Source: Marinicella sp.
Lineage (GTDB): Bacteria; Pseudomonadota; Gammaproteobacteria; Xanthomonadales; Marinicellaceae
Assembly (NCBI GenBank): GCA_965230295.1
Contig: OZ246001.1
Span: 576,001 to 640,000 of the forward strand
Reading direction: 5' to 3'
DNA: 64,000 nucleotides
Shown here: positions 39,347-48,169 of the stretch, in pieces
How positions within the stretch are numbered: the first letter of the stretch is position 1
How the letters are laid out: each line of letters starts with the position of its first letter
Translations under genes and position numbers: made by a program
Notes under the pieces: model-generated
Seen by the model: the letters and a program-made list of their open reading frames with translations, nothing else
Told to the model about the DNA's origin: nothing
Databases searched by the model: none

Positions 39347-40023
39347 TTAGTTGGCCTACTTCCCATATTTGCTATACACAAGGTTGTGGTTTGAATCATG
39401 TACTTTAAAACCACCAACCATGAGCTGAACACCCTAGATTTGCCGTCATTGCGGTCATGCATTTTAACAGGAACTTCATGGATAGTTAAACCCGCACCTA
39501 AAAGTAATAACAACACCCCGACATCCTGGTAATCCAACATACTCGCCGGCCTCGAAGCCAAGACCCGTATGGCTTGTTTGTCATACAACCTGAAACCTGA
39601 TGTCAAATCTTCAATTTTTATGTGAGTGAGCATTTTAAAATACTTCCAGGCCAGTTTTTTCATGCGGCTTAAACGTGATGGAAATGTGCCGATGATGACA
39701 TTCGCCTCACTGTCACTATAGACAGCTGTGAGGGTATTGACTTCATTGGGTAAATGCTGTCCATCAGCATCCATGGTAATGACTTGGTCATACTGGTGCT
39801 GTTCTGCATACCGAATACCAGTTTGTGTGGCGCCCCAGGCGCCCAACTGAATGGGCAATGTCAGACACATCAAACCGTGTTCCTTTACCACTTGAGCTGT
39901 TTGATCTGCACTGGCATCATCAACCACAACGATGTCATGATCCACTTGATCGAGCAACTGGGGTAGTAAATTTGTTAGATTATTTGCCTCATTAAAAGCA
40001 GGAATCACAATAAGTGTCTTCAT
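39343..40023 (-). CDS. Glycosyltransferase family 2 (DPM1-like)
   Basis: IPAFNE, VVDDAS.D, DADGQH, DLTSGFR. Confidence 0.92.
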   Translation of the reverse strand: MKTLIVIPAFNEANNLTNLLPQLLDQVDHDIVVVDDASADQTAQVVKEHGLMCLTLPIQLGAWGATQTGIRYAEQHQYDQVITMDADGQHLPNEVNTLTAVYSDSEANVIIGTFPSRLSRMKKLAWKYFKMLTHIKIEDLTSGFRLYDKQAIRVLASRPASMLDYQDVGVLLLLLGAGLTIHEVPVKMHDRNDGKSRVFSSWLVVLKYMIQTTTLCIANMGSRPTK

Positions 40024-40110
40024 GACTGAAGTATTGTTTTAAAATAAAGCACACGTTATATATCATGTACCCACTTTTGTGGTGTTTTTTTTCAATTATT
40101 TTATCATTTC

Positions 40111-41202
40111 ATGACGGACTTACCTGCTAACAATTCCATTCAAATCATTCACGACTTGTTTCAAATCAAAGGCGGTGGAGAACGGTTGATTCAAACCTTG
40201 TGTGAAAGCACTGGTGCAGACTTACTCACTGGACACATTGGATCGGATACATTTGAATTGAATCATTTGGCTGGACAAGTGCGCGATTTGGCGGCACTCA
40301 GCAACATCAATGGTATAAAAACCTGGCATCTTGCCAGGGCCTTCAGAAATCACCAGCCCAGTCACGAAAGCTATCAGACTGTGATTTACAGCGGTGTGGC
40401 CAGTCCTCTGGCTGTGAAGCAATACCCTGCTGCCAACAACATCTTTTATTGCCACACACCACCTCGTTTTGTTTATGACAAACGAGAACACCATGAAGCC
40501 GAATTGAATCGCATTAAAAAACTGGCATTTAACTTGCTGATCAGGTGGTTCAAACCCCAATATGAAGCCGCCGTGGCACAAATGGATGTGCTCTTAACCA
40601 ATTCGAACTATGTCAAAAAACGCATCAAAGACAACCTCAATTTAGATGCCACTGTGGTGTATCCACCCTGCGATACCAAACACTTTACATGGCAAAGCAC
40701 AGGTGATTATTATTTATCATTAGGTCGCCATGATGACTTGAAGCGCATCGATCAAATCATCAAAGCATTTAACCAGATGCCTGAAAAAAAGTTGGTTGTG
40801 GCATCTGGTGGAAACAACACACCTCAATTGCGACAATTGGCAGCCAACAACCCCAACATCAGTTTCACTGGATGGTTGAATGAATCTGAATTATTACAAC
40901 TGATGGGCGGTTGTTTGGCCACCATTTATATACCGATTGATGAAGATTTTGGCATGTCACCGGTAGAATCTATGGCCGCTGGAAAACCTGTCATCTGTTC
41001 AGATCATGGGGGTTTGTTAGAATCTGTCGTTGATCAAGAGACAGGATTCTATGTTTCAGGTGATGGTTTGCAACACAATCTAATTCAACAAGTAAGCAAC
41101 CTTACGCCAGCCAAAGCTGAAAGCATGCGATCTGCCTGTGAACACCGGGCCAAGGGCTTTGACACCGAATTGTTCTTGAAAAAATTCAAAGAATTTCTGT
41201 AA
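40111..41202 (+). CDS. Glycosyltransferase family 4
   Basis: GGGER, YCHTPPR, VYPP, EDFGMSPVESMAAGKPV. Confidence 0.92.
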   Translation: MTDLPANNSIQIIHDLFQIKGGGERLIQTLCESTGADLLTGHIGSDTFELNHLAGQVRDLAALSNINGIKTWHLARAFRNHQPSHESYQTVIYSGVASPLAVKQYPAANNIFYCHTPPRFVYDKREHHEAELNRIKKLAFNLLIRWFKPQYEAAVAQMDVLLTNSNYVKKRIKDNLNLDATVVYPPCDTKHFTWQSTGDYYLSLGRHDDLKRIDQIIKAFNQMPEKKLVVASGGNNTPQLRQLAANNPNISFTGWLNESELLQLMGGCLATIYIPIDEDFGMSPVESMAAGKPVICSDHGGLLESVVDQETGFYVSGDGLQHNLIQQVSNLTPAKAESMRSACEHRAKGFDTELFLKKFKEFL

Positions 41203-41265
41203 ACCCGCGACCATTTGACTCTAAACTCAGTCTTATTGGGTATATTGCATCATTTACTTTGAATT

Positions 41266-41817
41266 TTGAGCTATTTTAACCAAACCATCGACGACATCAC
41301 CAAGCACAGTGTATTGAAAGGAAAACAGAGTGCTTGTCGCCAGGTGTATGACATGTTTTCAACACCGGTCTATAACCTGGCTTATCGCATGCTTCAAAAT
41401 GCCGATGATGCCCAGGATGTGATGCAAAACGCATTCATCACTGCTTTTCAAAAAACTTCACAATGGTCGGGCAAAGTGGCTTTTGGTTTTTGGTTGAGAA
41501 AAATCGTGGTCAACCAATGCTTAGACCAGATCAAAAAGAATCACCACCAAATGACCATTGAAGTGGATGAATTGGCCGCACAAAGTGATCAATTACTTTA
41601 TGACCATCAACATGACTTGAGCTTGATGCTGGCAAAGTTGCCACCGCTATCACGTTCTGTCTTGTGGCTTTACGAGGTAGAAGGCATGACCCATCAAGAA
41701 ATTGCTGAGGTTTACCAAATGTCCACCAGTTTCTCTAAGTCACAACTGGCCAGAAGCAAACAACTGCTAACTAAATGGCTACAAAATCAGGAGCAAAATA
41801 ATGAACAACGCTTATGA
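41266..41817 (+). CDS. ECF RNA polymerase sigma factor
   Basis: DAQDVMQNAF, WL.KI..N.C, EGMTHQEIA, SKSQLARS; TTG start. Confidence 0.92.
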   Translation: MSYFNQTIDDITKHSVLKGKQSACRQVYDMFSTPVYNLAYRMLQNADDAQDVMQNAFITAFQKTSQWSGKVAFGFWLRKIVVNQCLDQIKKNHHQMTIEVDELAAQSDQLLYDHQHDLSLMLAKLPPLSRSVLWLYEVEGMTHQEIAEVYQMSTSFSKSQLARSKQLLTKWLQNQEQNNEQRL

Positions 41818-42271
41818 TGCAAAAATAAACAAGCTGTTACTAGAACAGCCTCAAATGCTGCCAGCCAAAGATGGATTTGATGCCATCATGGATGAAGTTC
41901 ACCATCACCAAAGACAACGCAGCTTCAGGCTACCAGCCCTGGCCGCAGCCGTGCTGGCTGTCGTTTTGTTGTGGCAGTGGCCAAATTCTAACAACAATCA
42001 GTTACAAGAATTGAACTCGTTAACTGACAAAATTGCCTTGATCGAACAGGTGGTACGTAATGAAGTGATTAACCACTCAGTACCAGGTTCCCAGATCTTG
42101 GAAAAAATGGTTTCTATGGAAAACTGGTTGGATCAACTCGATCAGAACATCGCGCAAACTGATGACACCAACCAAAAACTCGAGCTGTTGCATGCCAAGC
42201 TCGAAATACTCGACGACCTTGTGGCATTGCATAAAAAGTACAAGTCACAAGGTTCACATCAAATGATTTAA
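41801..42271 (+). CDS. Putative anti-sigma factor (single TM)
   Basis: Overlaps ECF stop; one TM followed by coiled coil. Confidence 0.55.
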   Translation: MNNAYDAKINKLLLEQPQMLPAKDGFDAIMDEVHHHQRQRSFRLPALAAAVLAVVLLWQWPNSNNNQLQELNSLTDKIALIEQVVRNEVINHSVPGSQILEKMVSMENWLDQLDQNIAQTDDTNQKLELLHAKLEILDDLVALHKKYKSQGSHQMI

Positions 42272-42291
42272 TACAGATAACAGGTGAAAAT

Positions 42292-43584
42292 ATGAAATTG
42301 AAAACTGCAATACTGACTGGCCTGATGGGCTTCAGTGGGATGGCTGCTGCGACAACCACCACTGCAAACACCAACGTCAACGTTGAAGTCAAAGACGGCA
42401 CAGGCAAAGTGGTCGTCATCAAAAATGTTGATGGTGATCAACAAACTTTTGAAGAGTCATTTACGGTTGGCCCAGACACCGACATCGATGCTGAAATTGC
42501 AGCCATCATGGAAGCACATGGACTTGACCAAGGCGAAAAGCATGTTCATAAAGAAGTCATCAAATTGGGTGACCACAGCAGCAACAAAATGGTGTGGGTA
42601 CAAAAAAGCGGTGATGTCGACATGAACTTGGTGGGTGGTAAAGCCACCGTGGTCATTAAGAAAGACAACAACGGTGATGTTGAAGTCATTGAGGAAACTT
42701 TTGACATGGAAGATGGTACAGACATCAATGTTCTGGTTGATCAATTGATGGAAGAACATGGCATCGAAGTTGGAGATGCTGAAGTGCATCGCAAAGTCAT
42801 CCAACTAGACAAAAGCTTCACTCGAATTGATGATGACAAGCCACGCATGGGCTTTATGGCCACAGTGAATGATGAAGGCTGGGAAATCATGTCAGTGGTT
42901 CCTGACAGTGGTGCAGCTGAAGCCGGCATCCAAAAAGGTGATGTGGTCATCAGCATCGATGGTGAAAGCACCGCCAAAGATGGTTTAGGTCTGACTGAGT
43001 TCATTGCCATGGATCATCAGGTTGGTGATGTCAGTGAAGTGGTGGTGCTGCGTGATGGCAACACCATTGCCATGAATGTGGCTGCTCGGGTCCTTGATTC
43101 ACCGGACATCATCATGGAAATGAACGGCAAGAACAAATGGTTCTCCTCATCTGGCAAAGATTTTAAATTCACCACTGGTGATTTGGATTCCATGTTCGAA
43201 GGTTTACATGTGGATGTTGAGCATTTGGGCGAAATGGTTGAAGGCTTGGGTGATCATGACATCCGCGTGGTTACCACGGGTGATGCCGATGCCTACTTCT
43301 TCTCTGGCAGTAAAATGAACCAATGGTTGGGTAAGAACCACCACTTTTCAACAGTCACTGAATCCTTGGGCAAATACTTTGGCACCCAACAAGGTGTTCT
43401 GGTCCTGGAGGTTGATGAAAACAATAAACTCGGCTTACAAGACGGTGATGTGATTCTTTCCATCAATGGTGATGATGTTAAATCACCCAAAGATGTGGTT
43501 AAAATCATGTCTGGGTTCAAGACTGATGAGTCATTTGAAATCGAAATCATCCGTGAAAAAGAAACCTTATATTTAGAGTCTTAA
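42292..43584 (+). CDS. Secreted double-PDZ protein with duplicated N-terminal repeat
   Basis: Signal peptide; AAEAGIQKGDVVISIDG and GLQDGDVILSING; repeat GK..VVIK...G....EE.F...TDI. Confidence 0.8.
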   Translation: MKLKTAILTGLMGFSGMAAATTTTANTNVNVEVKDGTGKVVVIKNVDGDQQTFEESFTVGPDTDIDAEIAAIMEAHGLDQGEKHVHKEVIKLGDHSSNKMVWVQKSGDVDMNLVGGKATVVIKKDNNGDVEVIEETFDMEDGTDINVLVDQLMEEHGIEVGDAEVHRKVIQLDKSFTRIDDDKPRMGFMATVNDEGWEIMSVVPDSGAAEAGIQKGDVVISIDGESTAKDGLGLTEFIAMDHQVGDVSEVVVLRDGNTIAMNVAARVLDSPDIIMEMNGKNKWFSSSGKDFKFTTGDLDSMFEGLHVDVEHLGEMVEGLGDHDIRVVTTGDADAYFFSGSKMNQWLGKNHHFSTVTESLGKYFGTQQGVLVLEVDENNKLGLQDGDVILSINGDDVKSPKDVVKIMSGFKTDESFEIEIIREKETLYLES

Positions 43585-43630
43585 ACTTGCTATCGCATTC
43601 TGTCTTTTGATAGAATACGCGCTCTCTGAG

Positions 43631-43660
43631 AAACAAAGCCCGAATCCGGGCTTTGTTTTT
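43631..43660 (+). terminator. Terminator-like hairpin upstream of tRNA
   Basis: AAACAAAGCCCG-aatc-CGGGCTTTGTTTT. Confidence 0.65.
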
Positions 43661-43685
43661 GGATTTCAGACTGTTCAAGTCTTGT

Positions 43686-43760
43686 GGACGCGTAGCTCAG
43701 CGGGAGAGCACTTCGTTGACATCGAAGGGGTCACTGGTTCAATCCCAGTCGTGTCCACCA
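43686..43760 (+). tRNA. tRNA-Val (GAC)
   Basis: GGACGCG/CGTGTCC acceptor, CTTCG-TTGACAT-CGAAG anticodon arm, GGTTCAATCC T-arm, encoded CCA. Confidence 0.98.
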
Positions 43761-43786
43761 ATTTTCTTAATCCACCTGCTGTTCAA

Positions 43787-44317
43787 TTACACTGATTGAT
43801 CGTACGCTTCTTTGATCCACCCCATCAATTCATCATCCACATCTGCGACATCAGTCAGTTGGACCCTGTGGGTACACATGGAACCAAATGGTCCAGAATC
43901 CCCGAGCCGATCGGTGGTGGCCTTACCTTTTAACTTCAAACCCAAATCAATGCGTTTCTTGGTGGCTGGTTTAATCAAAGCAAACTGATGTTTCCTGATG
44001 AAACTGACTGCCGTTTTTTTGGGTGTCTCTGTGACATCATCGCCGAACGCCTTGATGTTTTTTTCCAATGTATCGAAGATGGGTTTGAGCGCTTCTTTAC
44101 CTTGGTATTGATTGGACAGCAAATCACCATCATCTTGAGATGCCGCATCTGATGCCCTTGTTTTGTGCGCCACAAAATTGGCAAAGCCATGGGTAAAGCC
44201 GTGCTCTGCTTTCAGAAAATCAATCATTGCTTTGTGTTTGTCAATACCCGTTTTTTTAACCACCGCAACCCAATGCTTTAGGTCTTTGCCAGTTTTTTCT
44301 AACAACCCTTTTTCCAT
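43787..44317 (-). CDS. DUF4287/DUF5655 domain protein
   Basis: EKTGK.L..W, LK.EHG.THG.AN, R.HQFA, THRV.L. Confidence 0.8.
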   Translation of the reverse strand: MEKGLLEKTGKDLKHWVAVVKKTGIDKHKAMIDFLKAEHGFTHGFANFVAHKTRASDAASQDDGDLLSNQYQGKEALKPIFDTLEKNIKAFGDDVTETPKKTAVSFIRKHQFALIKPATKKRIDLGLKLKGKATTDRLGDSGPFGSMCTHRVQLTDVADVDDELMGWIKEAYDQSV

Positions 44318-44351
44318 ATCATCACCTCTATTACTTATTTATTGTATTATT

Positions 44352-44768
44352 TCACATAAAACCTATGATGCCACCCATGCAAGTCATGGCAACCACACAA
44401 TACCCTGCATTGATGGCATAAGCTTGGATCGACCTGTGCTCAAATAGATAAAGGATTCCCAATAAGGTAGCAACCCAGCCGAAACCAGCAAAAAAACCTG
44501 CCATCAATCCAAAACTCAAATCTGCATCCGGACCCATAAAAAGCGCCAAATTGATCGCTGCAATCAAAGCCAGTAAAAATGACAAACCAAAAACTTTTGG
44601 CATGTTTCTGCTGGCCAAGTCATCTTCTGTGAGTCCGAATGCTTGCATCCACGCTTTGCCAAACAAGGGCCCATACCAAAGACCACCAACCACAAAGAAC
44701 CCAAACACGGTCGCAGTCAAAATGGCCAACCAGTTAATGTGGCCAAACGATCCCGTCACATCCATCAT
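44352..44768 (-). CDS. DUF1761 membrane protein
   Basis: INWLAI, GGLWYGPLFGKAW, INAGY. Confidence 0.85.
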   Translation of the reverse strand: MMDVTGSFGHINWLAILTATVFGFFVVGGLWYGPLFGKAWMQAFGLTEDDLASRNMPKVFGLSFLLALIAAINLALFMGPDADLSFGLMAGFFAGFGWVATLLGILYLFEHRSIQAYAINAGYCVVAMTCMGGIIGFM

Positions 44769-44854
44769 ATGCTCCCAATAAAAAAGTCCAATTTAGGTGA
44801 ATCAGGATCAGACGTATTGTAAAAAATTAACCAAGGACTGCCTTACAGTCCTTC

Positions 44855-45676
44855 TTAGTCCAATGGAAAGAAGTTTGGCGGCTCATGCTGCAAGTCCTGG
44901 TTGATGAACTCACTGGGGTTAAACCCTGAAAAGTGTTGAAATTCTTTGATGAAGTGAGATTGGTCTGAAAAACCGCATTGGTAAGCCACATCAGACCAAT
45001 TGATGTTATTTTTGGCTTGAATGGTTAAGAGTAAGTCATTAAACCTTAAGATGCGTTGGTAGTATTTTGGCGTCAATCCGACATATTTTTTGAATTGATC
45101 GATCATGTGTTTTTGTGAATTTGGATAGTTTTTGATGATTTCCGAATATTTTTCTGCAGGCTCGGCTTGTAGTTGTTTTATGAGGATTTGAATATCTTTC
45201 GGTATTGTCAAATTGCGTTCAAAAAGGTCTAACAACCACTGTTCTGCCAGTGCCATTTTATCTGTGGTCAATTCGGCTCGTAAAATTCGCGACCTTAAAT
45301 GTAAGACTTCATTGCCGAAAACCCCGTCTGCGGCAATGACAGTATCATTGAACTGATGCATGGGGCGATGGAAAAAAGGCATGGCACCACCCGCTTTAAA
45401 CTGTACCACCAACATTTCAGAGTTTTCGTGGGCTGAAATGGCCAGATGGTGTTTGTGCATCCCTGAAATCCAAACTTCTTTGAACTCAGCATTGGGTTTA
45501 AGTGTTGCATGGTCAAATGTGTTTCTGGTAAATCCATCCAGTTCAAACAACAAAAACACATGACCCGTTGGTACCACCCTTTCAATAGAATGGTCCGGTT
45601 GAAAGTTCTTGAAATGAAAAATCGACTCAACAAATGGCACCAAAGCTTCAGACAAGTTGTGCTGAGAGAATATCAT
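44855..45676 (-). CDS. AraC-family regulator (DUF6597 N-terminus)
   Basis: VVPTG, VGLTPK.Y.RI.RF, GFSDQSHFIKEF..F.G. Confidence 0.9.
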   Translation of the reverse strand: MIFSQHNLSEALVPFVESIFHFKNFQPDHSIERVVPTGHVFLLFELDGFTRNTFDHATLKPNAEFKEVWISGMHKHHLAISAHENSEMLVVQFKAGGAMPFFHRPMHQFNDTVIAADGVFGNEVLHLRSRILRAELTTDKMALAEQWLLDLFERNLTIPKDIQILIKQLQAEPAEKYSEIIKNYPNSQKHMIDQFKKYVGLTPKYYQRILRFNDLLLTIQAKNNINWSDVAYQCGFSDQSHFIKEFQHFSGFNPSEFINQDLQHEPPNFFPLD

Positions 45677-45700
45677 TCAGTGCATCAATTACAATAGAAA

Positions 45701-45741
45701 TGGTGTTGAATGACCCAAGCTCATCAGGTCATTCAACACCA
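45701..45741. terminator. 15-bp inverted repeat after the amine-oxidase-like gene
   Basis: TGGTGTTGAATGACC...GGTCATTCAACACCA. Confidence 0.6.
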
Positions 45742-45750
45742 GGTTGTTAA

Positions 45751-47538
45751 CTATTCAAAGTCATCTTCAAAGATCAAATCGAATGGGGCCACACAATTAA
45801 CAGTCACTTGTACTGCCGCTGACGAACCACCATTCAGGGTGTAGGTAAAATCATCAGTGGGGTTACCATCATTGCAGTAATCCATCAAGGGCGAATATTC
45901 CACATTCGCACCGGCTGCTCCAATGATGACCGTACCATTGGCAGGTTGAGTTACTGAATCAACAAATCTAGGACCGCCATCAGGATCAAAGTCATTACTG
46001 ATGACATCGATCACTACATCGACCTCATTTTCATTCAAGCTAGCCACATCGGGACTAGCGGTTGGCAAAGAGTCTATACATGCTACAGTGATGTTTACAG
46101 TGGTTGAGGAACCACCATTGAGGGTATAACTGAAATCATCAGTTGGGCTGCCGTCATTGCAATAATCGGCATCAGGCGTGTACAACAGCGCTGACCCTCC
46201 CGATCCAATCACCACAGTTCCATTGACAGGTTGTGTCACTTGACTCACAAATTTAGGGCCACCATCAACATCGGTATCATTGAACAGCACATCTATCACA
46301 TTATCTGTGGTGTTTTCATCGACTGTCTCAATGTCAGCATTGGCTTGCGGTGCAGCACTCAGTTGCCAGTCACCAACAGGATGCAAAGTGGGACCACCGG
46401 TCTTACATAACATGCCATCAGGAGCGATGTCGTTGACTGCAGTTCTATACCAAAACACCAGGTTCTCACCAACCAATGATTCTGGAAGGTTCCCTGGGTC
46501 ATTCACATCACCAACCAAGTTTTCCTCTTCCAATTGACAATCGAACAGAGAATTATCAGGTTGGTCAGCATACTCTGGCACACCATTATTTAATTTGTAC
46601 TTTGTGGCCATCACATCCACTTCATGGAACCCAACTCCGCTGGGATCAGCAGGTACAGCATAATCATCGATTTCGCCTTTTTGTGAATCACCACCGCCTC
46701 CAGCTACCACCCGGTATCCTCTACCACTCACGCTGTCTTTAATCACCCAAGTGACTTCATCAGTAAAAACATTGGGGTCATTGGGTTGACCACTGGTGAT
46801 TTCCCGAAAATCTGCGAACTCAGTGGTCTGTAAGGTTTCTCCACTCGAGTCAGCAATGAACACCTGATCGTCGTTGATGCCATCAATGTCAAAGTTCAAC
46901 CGCCAATAAGCATGATGCCAGTGAGTTGTCGAATTTTGGGTGCCATTTCTGTTCCCAAAACCAAATCGGGGCTGTATGCGACCATCGGCATGAAATATAT
47001 ACCGCACTGAATATTTATACCAAGAAGCCGCATGATTGGTGGTCAAAACCATACGGTCGCTGTATTTTTCAACCTGAACACCAGTGATACAATCTACGGG
47101 GTTGCCAGCCTGGCCTCCTTGAGGCAAATCGAAAGGACAAAAACCAACGCCATTAGAGTCTGTTGCTGAAGTAGAAACATCACATGTGGTTATGGCTGGC
47201 CTGGTTGGGTTTTCAACCACGTCTGCTCTTAAAAACTCTGCATTGTCGTCTTTCCAGTCTCGATAGCACAAACCAGAGGTGTATTGAGCAAACAATATGG
47301 GGACATGCGCACGCTCTAACACCAACAGCTCATTAAAGTAAACATTTCTGACTTCCAAGCTAGACCCCCTTGACGCAGAACTTTGACCGGGTGACAAATA
47401 ACACATTTCCCACACGGGATCGACTGTTGGCCACCCAACATATGTTTCATTGATGTTGGTATCACAAATGGATGGCCCCACTGCAGCTGAAACATGGCTG
47501 GAAACCAGACATGTGAAAATAAGTATCAAGTATTTCAT
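45751..47538 (-). CDS. Secreted copper-amine-oxidase-like catalytic domain plus two cadherin-like (Big_9) Ig repeats and C-terminal DLIFEDDFE motif
   Basis: WYKY...IFHADGRI, HWHHAYWRLNFDIDG, LVFWY; IDVLFNDTDVDG/IDVISNDFDPDG...DDF.YTLNGG repeats. Confidence 0.65.
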   Translation of the reverse strand: MKYLILIFTCLVSSHVSAAVGPSICDTNINETYVGWPTVDPVWEMCYLSPGQSSASRGSSLEVRNVYFNELLVLERAHVPILFAQYTSGLCYRDWKDDNAEFLRADVVENPTRPAITTCDVSTSATDSNGVGFCPFDLPQGGQAGNPVDCITGVQVEKYSDRMVLTTNHAASWYKYSVRYIFHADGRIQPRFGFGNRNGTQNSTTHWHHAYWRLNFDIDGINDDQVFIADSSGETLQTTEFADFREITSGQPNDPNVFTDEVTWVIKDSVSGRGYRVVAGGGGDSQKGEIDDYAVPADPSGVGFHEVDVMATKYKLNNGVPEYADQPDNSLFDCQLEEENLVGDVNDPGNLPESLVGENLVFWYRTAVNDIAPDGMLCKTGGPTLHPVGDWQLSAAPQANADIETVDENTTDNVIDVLFNDTDVDGGPKFVSQVTQPVNGTVVIGSGGSALLYTPDADYCNDGSPTDDFSYTLNGGSSTTVNITVACIDSLPTASPDVASLNENEVDVVIDVISNDFDPDGGPRFVDSVTQPANGTVIIGAAGANVEYSPLMDYCNDGNPTDDFTYTLNGGSSAAVQVTVNCVAPFDLIFEDDFE

Positions 47539-47602
47539 TTATTGTCCTCTTTTTTAAGTTTTGAGAATAAGCATCTGTCTATTTTTCAATTTTATTATTC
47601 GC

Positions 47603-48169
47603 TCAGTTTCTCAAATGGTGGTTGTATGTCGGGTAAGGTATTGTGCGGTCAGTCAACCTCACAATTGAATGCAAAATGATGGGTTTTGACTCATTGTTGG
47701 CAAAGATGTGAACGCAGCGCAGACCCCGTGAGCACGGTTGATCCTCGCCTTTGTCAGCATAAGTAAAACCACCAAACAGTTCAATAGGCCCCTGTTCTTT
47801 CTGCAAGATGCCTTGTACGGTTGGATGGGCCTTGAATAAATCAAATGCCAGCAGCATTTCTTCTTTTGTGATGCTGCCATCATAATCAACACCGTATACT
47901 TCGCTCAATAACTTACCATCCAAATCGTAGACTCGCATGAATCCCTGTTTTTTATGATAATTATAACCTTGAGCATATTTGCGTTTCAGTTTACCTGCAT
48001 CGGTGTGAATCACATCAACCCATATATCTACGGTTAATTCCAACCAATTTCCATCATCATCTAATGTGATTTTATAGGCCGGGTCCGGTAATTCCTCATC
48101 AAACAATGGTTTATATTCAATGCCATCAACAGTGTTTGATAATAACAAGATAAGCCAGATCAATTTCAT
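47603..48169 (-). CDS. Secreted hypothetical protein resembling amine-oxidase N2/N3 domains
   Basis: RVYDL...S, ITKEE...A..L.K.HP.V...L, IVRLTDRTI; overlaps cytochrome gene stop. Confidence 0.5.
   Translation of the reverse strand: MKLIWLILLLSNTVDGIEYKPLFDEELPDPAYKITLDDDGNWLELTVDIWVDVIHTDAGKLKRKYAQGYNYHKKQGFMRVYDLDGKLLSEVYGVDYDGSITKEEMLLAFDLFKAHPTVQGILQKEQGPIELFGGFTYADKGEDQPCSRGLRCVHIFANNESKPIILHSIVRLTDRTIPYPTYNHHLRN

Noticed and set aside
43607-43795. 62-aa ORF
   Set aside because: Overlaps tRNA-Val.
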